From the IMG/VR virus record IMGVR_UViG_3300038530_002154, positions 1 through 62,017 of that record: a stretch of DNA of 62,017 nt; one strand, given 5' to 3'. Shown here in pieces: positions 10,232 to 17,762 of this stretch. Position numbers and translations under genes: made by a program. Under the pieces are notes generated by a model that was not told the DNA's origin, did no database searches, and worked only from the letters and a program-made list of their open reading frames with translations. Source of the stretch: a virus. Lineage: Duplodnaviria > Caudoviricetes. Position 1 is the stretch's first letter. Each line of letters opens with the position of its first letter.

Positions 10232-10507
10232 CTACTTCTTAGAGTCGTAGAGTCTTTGCTCCATAATTAATATCTGCTGTTTAATCTCTGAAAGTTCTTC
10301 TTTGATGAATTCGAGCTCGGCATTTGTTTTTATGATGGCCTGTTGGAGCTCGGGATTAAGTTGGGTGGGGGCAGGAAGCTCTTTGGCCTCCTGAATTTGT
10401 GCGGCTAGGGAATAATACATTCCAACAAACATAGCCACAAATATGATAATGCTAACTAAATTTTTCGGTGTTAAATCAATCTTTGTCTTTTCATTTAGTG
10501 TCGTCAT
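10232..10507 (-). CDS. Membrane-anchored coiled-coil protein (lysis-associated)
   Basis: One TM helix then a coiled coil; directly upstream of the endolysin. Confidence 0.6.
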   Translation of the reverse strand: MTTLNEKTKIDLTPKNLVSIIIFVAMFVGMYYSLAAQIQEAKELPAPTQLNPELQQAIIKTNAELEFIKEELSEIKQQILIMEQRLYDSKK

Positions 10508-10567
10508 CACTTATAATTTCATATATTACCTCGATATCTCCGAGTGACGTATCCTGACTAAAATACT

Positions 10568-10825
10568 CTACCATAGTGCAACTATTTCACCAGCTGTAGT
10601 TCCTGTGTCAAACACCTGTAATACTTGGACAGGAAAAAATTGACCTGCATAAACTCCTGTAAATATCACATCATCACCTCCAACGGTTAATACTCTAATA
10701 TTACCAGGTGTTCCTATGTACAAAACACAGCCATTGTTAGTTCCACCCGATACTGATGGAATTTGATCTGTATCGCTTGGAGTTACTAATGCTGCTCTAC
10801 CTGCTTGTAATTTTTGATACGCCAT
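10568..10825 (-). CDS. Head spike base protein (RcGTA Rcc01079-like)
   Basis: Pattern VTPSD...LYIG..GNIRV....D.V.F....AG..FPVQV..V..TGTTA..IVALW. Confidence 0.75.
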   Translation of the reverse strand: MAYQKLQAGRAALVTPSDTDQIPSVSGGTNNGCVLYIGTPGNIRVLTVGGDDVIFTGVYAGQFFPVQVLQVFDTGTTAGEIVALW

Positions 10826-10830
10826 ATTAT

Positions 10831-10986
10831 TTATTTATTATATGGAAACAAACGATTTAAAGAATCTCTTCTTTCTTGACAACCGCATGGTTTCCCTGTT
10901 ACTTTCTCATAGGTTTTAGCCACTTTATCAGCTCCTATTAATTTTGCTGCTTTGTGAACCGTATCACCAAATCCTTTTGATTTCAT
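10831..10986 (-). CDS. Small protein MKSKGFGDTV...KPCGCQERRDSLNRLFPYNK (51 aa, not in track)
   Basis: Manual translation; GxGDT...CGC..R...LN pattern; fills the gap in the operon. Confidence 0.8.
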   Translation of the reverse strand: MKSKGFGDTVHKAAKLIGADKVAKTYEKVTGKPCGCQERRDSLNRLFPYNK

Positions 10987-10992
10987 TCTAAT

Positions 10993-11133
10993 TTATTTTT
11001 TACACATACATTGTGCCACTGGACAATCTTTAACATCTACAATTAATTTAGATATTAACCAGTTCCATTTACATAAAAGTTTACACCAAACTTTTTGTAT
11101 CCACATTCCTAATTTTACTAATGCTTTACCCAT
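10993..11133 (-). CDS. Small Cys/Trp-rich protein MGKALVKLGMWIQKVWCK... (46 aa, not in track)
   Basis: Manual translation; TAATG coupling with the upstream gene. Confidence 0.7.
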   Translation of the reverse strand: MGKALVKLGMWIQKVWCKLLCKWNWLISKLIVDVKDCPVAQCMCKK

Positions 11134-11330
11134 TATTTCTTTTTCATTTTACATCCAAAGTTATTGGCATAGTTTGCTTGCTTTACAATAGTTGCCGAAT
11201 ATTTTTTCGGACTTTTAACTACTGCTGCTGCCGCACTGCATGCATCTTTGAATCCATTTTTCATAGCCCACTTTGTGAACTTACCCTGGTTCTTTTCTTT
11301 AATAGCAGGAAATTTTTTTTTCTTTGCCAT
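11133..11330 (-). CDS. Small Lys-rich protein
   Basis: 65 aa; TAATG-coupled on both sides. Confidence 0.8.
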   Translation of the reverse strand: MAKKKKFPAIKEKNQGKFTKWAMKNGFKDACSAAAAVVKSPKKYSATIVKQANYANNFGCKMKKK

Positions 11331-11545
11331 TATTTTTTAAATAATCCGTGTAAGTGATTGTGCACACTACTTGGATAATGCTTCTCATATTTCATAGAGT
11401 GATCACCACCATATGCGTGACCATAAATCTTTTTGGACATAGCTTTTGATTCGTCTCTACGATCTTTTAAAGATTGTGAATGAGATCCTTTGTGTTTGCT
11501 ACCTAAAGATTCGTCTAGTCTAGCATTATAACCTTGATGTTTCAT
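11330..11545 (-). CDS. Small His/Lys-rich protein
   Basis: 71 aa; TAnnTTTG promoter upstream. Confidence 0.8.
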   Translation of the reverse strand: MKHQGYNARLDESLGSKHKGSHSQSLKDRRDESKAMSKKIYGHAYGGDHSMKYEKHYPSSVHNHLHGLFKK

Positions 11546-11572
11546 TTTTAAATTTTTAAATTGTTAATTGTA

Positions 11573-11580
11573 CAAATATA
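11573..11580 (-). promoter_or_regulatory. Bacteroidota -7 promoter element TATATTTG
   Basis: Intergenic TAnnTTTG 28 nt before the 11545 start. Confidence 0.7.
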
Positions 11581-11871
11581 CTAATATTTTCCTTGCCTAT
11601 TTTTAGGGCTAGACTTCTTAGATCCACCCTTTCCTGCCCATAGATTTTTACATGCCCAATAACGTGCAGTTAGTTTTGATTTTGCTGTTCCGCATTTGTG
11701 ACGTGCCTTGAAGCTCTTTCTTGCAGCTGCTGAATAATTATGTCCATATCCTTTTGCTCCAAAGTGAATAAGCTTTTCTCTTCCGCCTTCACAGGCTTTG
11801 ACCATTTTCTTTTTACCCGCTCTATCAGAAGGGCGAGGTTTGTTGCAAGGCATGTTTTTTTTATTGGCCAT
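11581..11871 (-). CDS. Basic protein with HFG..GY / SF.ARH.C / ARYW motifs
   Basis: 96 aa, strongly cationic; motif set recalled from small phage and giant-virus proteins. Confidence 0.8.
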   Translation of the reverse strand: MANKKNMPCNKPRPSDRAGKKKMVKACEGGREKLIHFGAKGYGHNYSAAARKSFKARHKCGTAKSKLTARYWACKNLWAGKGGSKKSSPKNRQGKY

Positions 11872-11872
11872 A

Positions 11873-12154
11873 TCACTGTTTCTTGTTTAAAGTGTATAAT
11901 TTGTAAGGATGCGGATCATTTTTATCATTGGTGTATGTTGTAGCGCTTTGTATAGAAGTATCAATCATTTTTCTTTTTTTCGGATCCTTACTATATCTTT
12001 TAATCATACTAATTCCAGTTGCCGAATTGCTGCTGTATGGATTGTAAATAGTATCAGTTTCTTTGTTAAAATTTGGAAAAATACTTGTCGCTTTTTTTTC
12101 ATATTTTTTCATGCATTTTCTAAGCGCACTACCTTTTAATCCTTTACAGTCCAT
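11873..12154 (-). CDS. Small basic hypothetical protein
   Basis: 93 aa; tightly packed in the operon. Confidence 0.75.
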   Translation of the reverse strand: MDCKGLKGSALRKCMKKYEKKATSIFPNFNKETDTIYNPYSSNSATGISMIKRYSKDPKKRKMIDTSIQSATTYTNDKNDPHPYKLYTLNKKQ

Positions 12155-12405
12155 TATGATGTATATTTTTTTGTTACTTTTCCAGCCCTAGTGTTTGCTA
12201 CAACTGTTTTTCCTTTTGCTCCTGCTCTTTTTTTCTTACGAGCAGTTTTCGCTCTTTCTGCTTTTGACATAGAACGAGCTTTTGCTAATGGCAAGCATCT
12301 GTCAGGGTTCTTTTTATTCTTGCTTGTGCCACAAGCACCAAGAATAGAACCATCGGTTCCTATACGAACCCATTTCTGATCTCTCCACTTTTTTAATTCT
12401 CCCAT
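12154..12405 (-). CDS. Basic protein (LKKW..QKWV...CG...RCLP motif)
   Basis: 83 aa; TAATG-coupled. Confidence 0.8.
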   Translation of the reverse strand: MGELKKWRDQKWVRIGTDGSILGACGTSKNKKNPDRCLPLAKARSMSKAERAKTARKKKRAGAKGKTVVANTRAGKVTKKYTS

Positions 12406-12548
12406 TAATACTTGACTTCCATTCCGTATCCTGGATTGTCTTTCTTTTTACCTCCGTGTAGTTTTGCATAAGCATGTGCTTGTGCTTTACCTACTGCGTT
12501 GTATGGGAATTTTCTATCTGGTAATCCTTTTACTTTTACTGTTGGCAT
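12405..12548 (-). CDS. Small basic protein MPTVKVKGLPDRKFPYNAVGKAQA... (47 aa, not in track)
   Basis: Manual translation; TAATG overlap with the next gene. Confidence 0.75.
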   Translation of the reverse strand: MPTVKVKGLPDRKFPYNAVGKAQAHAYAKLHGGKKKDNPGYGMEVKY

Positions 12549-12553
12549 AATTT

Positions 12554-12703
12554 CTATTTTTTATTTTCTGCTATAAACTTTGCTTTGGGATCTGCAGCAG
12601 TAACATCAGGATTATTATCTAACCCATATATAATGCTTTGTCTACCCAAATCTCCTTTACCGTTTTCTTTGCGAGGTCGGTTACCTCTTCCTAATTTACT
12701 CAT
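12554..12703 (-). CDS. Small protein MSKLGRGNRPRKENGKG... (49 aa, not in track)
   Basis: Manual translation; ATGA overlap; shares its N-terminus with 12700-12882. Confidence 0.75.
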   Translation of the reverse strand: MSKLGRGNRPRKENGKGDLGRQSIIYGLDNNPDVTAADPKAKFIAENKK

Positions 12704-12882
12704 ATTTTTTTAAAATATTTTAATAATTGTTTATAAGTCATTTGACTTAATATTGGATCATTTGTTGCGGCCTCTAGCTCCTCCCCATCTAATTTGGCTT
12801 TAGTTTTTGGTAAAGAAAAGTTTCCTGTAGCTAAAGCTCTTTTCAGTTTTCTAGGTCGGTTGCCTTTTCCTAATTTACTCAT
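12700..12882 (-). CDS. Small basic protein MSKLGKGNRPRK...
   Basis: 60 aa; ATGA-coupled on both sides. Confidence 0.75.
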   Translation of the reverse strand: MSKLGKGNRPRKLKRALATGNFSLPKTKAKLDGEELEAATNDPILSQMTYKQLLKYFKKI

Positions 12883-13004
12883 TTCTTTTTCTTTGACATT
12901 CTTTGCATATCCTTAATATGCTTTTCTATTATTTTAGATTGTGCCAAATGCATTTTAGATGCTTTTTTTAATTGAGACACAACTGATCTTAAACTTTTAT
13001 CCAT
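12879..13004 (-). CDS. Small helical basic protein MDKSLRSVVSQLKKASKMH... (41 aa, not in track)
   Basis: Manual translation; TAATG and ATGA overlaps. Confidence 0.75.
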   Translation of the reverse strand: MDKSLRSVVSQLKKASKMHLAQSKIIEKHIKDMQRMSKKKK

Positions 13005-13159
13005 TACTTTTTCTTTTTAGCACCCTTAGCGTAATTGGGATCTTTACAATATTTACTCGCTGCCATATTCGCATACGCTGACGGATATGTGTCAAATGTT
13101 CTCTTCGCCCAGGCTATGCCTGCGGGACAAATTTTATTTCCTTTTTTCTTTCTTGCCAT
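13004..13159 (-). CDS. Small basic protein MARKKKGNKICPAG...YPSAYANMAASKYCK (51 aa, not in track)
   Basis: Manual translation; PSAYA motif; TAATG overlap. Confidence 0.8.
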   Translation of the reverse strand: MARKKKGNKICPAGIAWAKRTFDTYPSAYANMAASKYCKDPNYAKGAKKKK

Positions 13160-13161
13160 TT

Positions 13162-13917
13162 CTATTTAGCTCTAATTCCTATATAAACTTCCATTTCTGC
13201 ATCTGACTGCGCTATACTTCCCGTCTCTACTCCCGATATATTAATTACATCACCTGCATTTAATTCAAAAGATGGCCCTGATAATCCTGTTGCTGTTTTG
13301 AGAGGATAAGTTCCATCATCGTTATTGTCAAGTAATATCCCTGGTATATCAACGCCTGAAGCATAGTTTGAACTATCGGTAGTTGATCCTAATGGACTTG
13401 ACATTTTGAATATTTTAACCTGCCATGAGCTTCCTGCATTTATAACTACTGCATCATCTGAAATATATTTTAGAGCTACACTTACTATTTCGCAATCAAA
13501 AGGCGCAATAAAAACTGAAGAGTTATCGGTTGATGGAACAGAAGCTTGGCCAAATTCTAAAGTGTCACCAAATATTCCTGGATTACCACCAAATAAATTT
13601 TTAAAAGTTCCGTTTACTATAAATGTGTTTAACTGTGTGTTGGTGATTGTAATATTATTAGCACCGTCATCAGCGATTTCAATATGCGTTCCTTCAAGCA
13701 AATTGATTTGATAAGAAGTTCCTAAATCGGGCCCTGCAAGTCCTTCTAAAATTACATTGCTTCCGCCCCCCACTATAGGAAGAGAATTTAATCCGTATAG
13801 GCTATCTAACTTTGCAGGTTCTATTTGAACATTAGCTACATTTTGATATCCTACAACAAAGTCTATTCCAGATACATCTGCTGCTGGTGTAAATTGTGAA
13901 AATTTTTTATTTGCCAT
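13162..13917 (-). CDS. Putative virion fibre/decoration protein
   Basis: MANKKFSQF-type fibre N-terminus and an acidic beta-sandwich-like C-terminus. Confidence 0.55.
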   Translation of the reverse strand: MANKKFSQFTPAADVSGIDFVVGYQNVANVQIEPAKLDSLYGLNSLPIVGGGSNVILEGLAGPDLGTSYQINLLEGTHIEIADDGANNITITNTQLNTFIVNGTFKNLFGGNPGIFGDTLEFGQASVPSTDNSSVFIAPFDCEIVSVALKYISDDAVVINAGSSWQVKIFKMSSPLGSTTDSSNYASGVDIPGILLDNNDDGTYPLKTATGLSGPSFELNAGDVINISGVETGSIAQSDAEMEVYIGIRAK

Positions 13918-13930
13918 TTTTTATATTTAT

Positions 13931-14092
13931 TTATGGACAAGTTTCAGGTATCATTCTACCATCGCCTGTAAACAACTCTTGTTCACAAAACTCGTCTATT
14001 TCTGTTATTATAAAACACAATTCGGGTATGTCTTCGTTTCTTTTTTGTGGAAACGGTGTTCCATTACCTATTCCTGCTGCTAGTCCGCTCAT
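13931..14092 (-). CDS. Small acidic protein MSGLAAGIGNG...IITEIDEFCEQE (53 aa, not in track)
   Basis: Manual translation; fills the gap between two minus-strand genes. Confidence 0.7.
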   Translation of the reverse strand: MSGLAAGIGNGTPFPQKRNEDIPELCFIITEIDEFCEQELFTGDGRMIPETCP

Positions 14093-14094
14093 TT

Positions 14095-14409
14095 TTATTT
14101 ACCTCCTGTGTTACCTTTATTTCTTCTTCCTTTGCCTTTTTTACCTCGAGCTCTTCTGTCTCCAGGTGTATTTGTTTTGCTTCCTCTATTTTTTTTCTCA
14201 GACTCTAAAACATATTTCCCTTTTCCTTTGTGAGAAACATCAAGTCCGTCATAGTTGCCATAAGTTCCAAATCTTCGATTTGCTCTATTGTCAGCAACTC
14301 TTTGTTTGATAGACTTCTTTTTTTTATTGTACTTGCTTTGGTAAGCATTGTGCTTTGCACGAGCCCTTTTATTTTTACGATAATATTTTGCCGTTCTACT
14401 AAGGGCCAT
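14095..14409 (-). CDS. Basic protein with degenerate HNH-like motif
   Basis: DGLDVSH...LES.KKNRG; start reassigned to the ATG at 14409, downstream of the promoter. Confidence 0.6.
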   Translation of the reverse strand: MALSRTAKYYRKNKRARAKHNAYQSKYNKKKKSIKQRVADNRANRRFGTYGNYDGLDVSHKGKGKYVLESEKKNRGSKTNTPGDRRARGKKGKGRRNKGNTGGK

Positions 14410-14420
14410 TATAAAAAAGT

Positions 14421-14436
14421 TATCTTTGCAAAGATA
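14421..14436. promoter_or_regulatory. Perfect palindrome TATCTTTGCAAAGATA giving TAnnTTTG on both strands
   Basis: Lies in the 40-nt gap between the divergent starts at 14409 (-) and 14450 (+). Confidence 0.8.
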
Positions 14437-14449
14437 CAAATTTAATCTA

Positions 14450-14866
14450 ATGCAAAATGACTACTTAAAATACTGGAAAGTGGTTCGTCAATGGGCAAGA
14501 TCAACTTACAAGTTGTCTACTTCAGAAATAGAAATGCTTTTGTTTTTATATAGCGAAGATTTGTTTACTAGAAAAAATTTTGAAGAATATAATCAAATCA
14601 TGTCTTGGGATAAAAGAAGATTTGATAATCTACTAAGAAACGGGTGGATAATAAAGTGGCGTGAAAGAAAAGGGCGTGAATCTATATTGTACGGCCTAGC
14701 GTATAAAAGTAAGCGCTTATGCGCTTCGATTTATAAAAAATTAAACAAAGAGGAAGCTATATCCGAAGATCGTAGAAAAAATCCGATGTTCAGATCAGGT
14801 GCTAAATATTCCGATAAAGTGTATCGTAGGGTTATAAAGAAAATGAATCAAGAAAGAAAATTATAG
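14450..14866 (+). CDS. Putative winged-helix (MarR-like) transcription regulator
   Basis: LSTSEIEMLLFLY...FDNLLRNGWI...Y.L..K pattern; the only credible plus-strand gene in the late region. Confidence 0.6.
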   Translation: MQNDYLKYWKVVRQWARSTYKLSTSEIEMLLFLYSEDLFTRKNFEEYNQIMSWDKRRFDNLLRNGWIIKWRERKGRESILYGLAYKSKRLCASIYKKLNKEEAISEDRRKNPMFRSGAKYSDKVYRRVIKKMNQERKL

Positions 14867-15118
14867 TACAACGACTATATCTCGTTCTTGAATAATACTT
14901 ACCACGTCTTCATGCAACATCATTTTGTGTCCTGCTGCTTTGTCGTAATATATAATATCACCTTCCTTAACAACAGACACTTCAGTGCCTGGTAAAAGTA
15001 TCAATCCTTTTTTGTATCTTAGTTGGTTGCTATCTTCTGAAGTAAGCAAAATACCTGATTCAGTTTTTTGCTGCTCTTCAATTTCAGTTACAACTATATA
15101 CTTCCCTACTGCTTTCAT
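14861..15118 (-). CDS. groES: Co-chaperonin GroES
   Basis: KTESGILL mobile loop, VKEGDIIYY, IQERDIVVV. Confidence 0.9.
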   Translation of the reverse strand: MKAVGKYIVVTEIEEQQKTESGILLTSEDSNQLRYKKGLILLPGTEVSVVKEGDIIYYDKAAGHKMMLHEDVVSIIQERDIVVVL

Positions 15119-15246
15119 ACAACTTCTTTTTCGTGCACTTCGGTTTTATATATTTTATATCCGTTTTCCTTTAGAAGTTTAATGGCTTCTTCAACCTTTT
15201 TGTTTTCTTTTCTAAAGTGCTCGAATATTTGATTATGTATTACCAT
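15115..15246 (-). CDS. Small protein MVIHNQIFEHFRKE... (43 aa, not in track)
   Basis: Manual translation; ATGA overlap with groES. Confidence 0.7.
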   Translation of the reverse strand: MVIHNQIFEHFRKENKKVEEAIKLLKENGYKIYKTEVHEKEVV

Positions 15247-15266
15247 GATTTATATATTTAAATTAA

Positions 15267-15398
15267 CTATCTTCCTTGGCCTCTGTATCTTTTTAAATAG
15301 TTTTTACTATTTTTTACTTTGCTGCTTTTGGTCTTACAGTGTATACCTTTACGCTTACGACTTTTAGATTTATATTCAGCAAGAGTTATTTTAGCCAT
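15267..15398 (-). CDS. Small basic protein ending KRYRGQGR
   Basis: 43 aa from the ATG at 15398; very rich in Lys and Arg. Confidence 0.75.
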   Translation of the reverse strand: MAKITLAEYKSKSRKRKGIHCKTKSSKVKNSKNYLKRYRGQGR

Positions 15399-15687
15399 TA
15401 TTTTTATTTTTCTTTCTAAGGTCTTCTTTACCCTTTTTGAATATAGCAACTACTTTTGTTTTGCCCATGACTTTGGCTCTTTGTTCACCAACAGTTAGTA
15501 TTTGAATTTTTCTAGCAAAGGGTTTTTTTATTTTTTTCACCTTAGCTACTGTGGCTCTAGCGTCAGCAGGCGTGGCAAATTTTATACTTACTGTGTCTTT
15601 TGGGTTTTCATCAGTATACAGTCTACGGCCACTACCCTTTGGTTTTTTTCCAGTTCCTACTTTGGGATCTTTTTTCTTTTTAGCCAT
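15391..15687 (-). CDS. Basic protein (GTGKKPKGSGRRLYTDENPKDTV motif)
   Basis: 98 aa; overlaps the end of groEL. Confidence 0.8.
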   Translation of the reverse strand: MAKKKKDPKVGTGKKPKGSGRRLYTDENPKDTVSIKFATPADARATVAKVKKIKKPFARKIQILTVGEQRAKVMGKTKVVAIFKKGKEDLRKKNKNNG

Positions 15688-17257
15688 TTTTTCTTTTCAT
15701 TGTTACTATTGCGTTTGTTGTTAGTATAGTAGTTGCTACACTTACTGCATTTTTCAATGCGTTCTTTGTGACTTTGGCAGGATCAATGATTCCCATTTTA
15801 TACATGTCACCAAATTTTTTATTCTTTACATCATATCCATAATTGTATGGAACATCATTGCAATTACAAACCTCATCTCTAATTTTTTTTACGTCTTCAC
15901 CTGCATTGATAAGTATTTGCTCTATTGGTTTACACAATGCTCCGTATAATATGTCGCAAGCATGCCCTTCGTCTAAAAGTTCACCCGCTCTAAGCAGAGA
16001 TATTCCGCCTCCTGGAAGTATTCCTTCTTCAACGGCTGATCTTACAGCGCACACCGCATCTTCGATGCGGTCAAATTTTTCTTTTTGCTCAATATCCGAG
16101 TTTCCTCCAACATATAGCACGCCAACTCCCCCAGATAACAAAGCAATCCTATCATTTATAAATTCTTTCTCAGCTTTTATCTTATTATTGTCTCTTTGTT
16201 CCTTTAATTCTTCAATTCTTTGAGTTATTTGTGGATTTTCGCTGTGATTTGTTACAATCACGCTAGAATTTTGCCCAATAATTACTTTATCTGCGTGTCC
16301 AAGGTCTTGCATTGTCAATAATGCTAGGTTATCTCCTTGTGATTCGCTAAAATATGTGCCGCCTGTAGCCAAAGCTATGTCGGATAGCAGTTCATTTGTA
16401 CGATATCCAAACGAAGGTGGTATAATATTGCAAAGTTTTAGATTATTCTGCACAACATTTGCTGCAAGAGTGTTGACAACGCCCTGAACGCAGTTGCCTA
16501 TGATCAATAATTTTTTATTTTGGTTGATTACTGGCTTTAGCACTGATTCAATTTGAAGAATATTAGTAATCTCCATGTCTGTTATTAAAATCAACACATC
16601 ATCTAAAACACATTCATCGTTTCTTTGATTATTAATAAACAACTTAGAAGTATATCCTCTATCTACTTTGATTCCTTTTGTAATTTCATAATACGTTTCT
16701 TCTGTTTTGCTATTCTCAACAGTAAGAACTCCGTCTTTACCTAATTCTTTATAGGCATCAGCTATCATTTTCCCTAGATCCGCATCATTGTTGGCCGATA
16801 TGGTCGCCACATCTCTTAATGTTTTGCCTGTTACTTTCTTAGAGTTCTTTTCTAATCTTTTAATTATATTATTTGAGATTAGATTAATTTCTTTTACAAG
16901 TTCTGCCTTGTTGATATTCTCTTCTCTTTTAAATAACTGCAATCCTTCACGAACTATAGCCTCAGTAAGTACAATAGCTGTGGTTGTTCCGTCACCTGCT
17001 GAGTTTGCTGTTCGTTCCGCTGCCTCTTTCATCATTCTTACTGCAAGATTCTCAACTGAGTCCTCCAGGTCAATAGATTTTGCAACGGTGACTCCGTCTT
17101 TTGTTATGGTGATTCCGTGTGTGTGGTTTTGAGACTCAATCAAGACTGTTTGGCCTAGAGGGCCTAACGTACTCTTTACTGCTTTTGCTATCTTGCTGAT
17201 CCCTTTTAATAATTTATCTCTCCCCTCTTCGTCAAACGAAAGTATCTTTGGATTCAT
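15680..17257 (-). CDS. groEL: Chaperonin GroEL
   Basis: TLGP.G, ITKDGVTVAK, GDGTTT, ISAN.D, GILPGGG, GIIDP.KV; no GGM tail. Start reassigned to MNPKIL at 17257. Confidence 0.97.
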   Translation of the reverse strand: MNPKILSFDEEGRDKLLKGISKIAKAVKSTLGPLGQTVLIESQNHTHGITITKDGVTVAKSIDLEDSVENLAVRMMKEAAERTANSAGDGTTTAIVLTEAIVREGLQLFKREENINKAELVKEINLISNNIIKRLEKNSKKVTGKTLRDVATISANNDADLGKMIADAYKELGKDGVLTVENSKTEETYYEITKGIKVDRGYTSKLFINNQRNDECVLDDVLILITDMEITNILQIESVLKPVINQNKKLLIIGNCVQGVVNTLAANVVQNNLKLCNIIPPSFGYRTNELLSDIALATGGTYFSESQGDNLALLTMQDLGHADKVIIGQNSSVIVTNHSENPQITQRIEELKEQRDNNKIKAEKEFINDRIALLSGGVGVLYVGGNSDIEQKEKFDRIEDAVCAVRSAVEEGILPGGGISLLRAGELLDEGHACDILYGALCKPIEQILINAGEDVKKIRDEVCNCNDVPYNYGYDVKNKKFGDMYKMGIIDPAKVTKNALKNAVSVATTILTTNAIVTMKRKNG

Positions 17258-17279
17258 GTATATTAAATTTGATTTTAAG

Positions 17280-17287
17280 CAAAGATA
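17280..17287 (-). promoter_or_regulatory. Bacteroidota -7 promoter element TATCTTTG (groEL)
   Basis: 23 nt upstream of the ATG at 17257. Confidence 0.75.
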
Positions 17288-17302
17288 CAATAATTTTTGT
17301 AA

Positions 17303-17489
17303 ATGTCGTATGTCGTTTTTCTACGCTCCTATACTCTCATATAGTAAATACTGTTTTATAATTTTATTTTTTTTTATAATTACTATATAAAATTGACATA
17401 ATCGACATAAAATTGATAATCAAACAGTTAGAGTAAAAAAAATCAACATACTATTGACATGAGTCGACACAAAACCTAAAAAACGACAC
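17303..17489. repeat. Iteron-like heptamer array (TYGACAY-like) flanking an AT-rich core; putative replication origin
   Basis: ATGTCG at 17303 and 17310; TTGACAT 17393, TCGACAT 17402, TCAACAT 17443, TTGACAT 17454, TCGACAC 17464, ACGACAC 17483. Confidence 0.6.
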
Positions 17490-17521
17490 AAAAAAAAAGA
17501 GGTTGATTAGATCAACCCCTC
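17490..17521 (-). terminator. Rho-independent terminator
   Basis: Minus strand reads GGGGTTGAT-CTA-ATCAACCTC followed by a T9 run. Confidence 0.8.
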
Positions 17522-17555
17522 TTCCGTGAAACACAAATTAACTCTGGGAAGAAAG

Positions 17556-17762
17556 TTACTTGTAAATACTAAAGAAATTCTTTTTAGCCTCTGCGAGTTC
17601 CATTCCCTCAGCAATCATACTAATTTTTTTAGCACGTTCTTTTGCTTTTTTAAACTCAGCTAGTTTTTTAATTCCTGTTTCATAATAATTAAATCCACCT
17701 ACAAGCTCATGCCTGTTTCTTTCAGATAGATATTCTTTCATAATAGGCCTCTTAGTCATCAT
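17556..17762 (-). CDS. Hypothetical protein
   Basis: 68 aa, followed by a terminator. Confidence 0.7.
   Translation of the reverse strand: MMTKRPIMKEYLSERNRHELVGGFNYYETGIKKLAEFKKAKERAKKISMIAEGMELAEAKKNFFSIYK

Noticed and set aside
10491-10574. 27-aa ORF MVEYFSQDTSLGDIEV...
   Set aside because: Very short, overlaps both neighbours and has no supporting motif; cannot be called.
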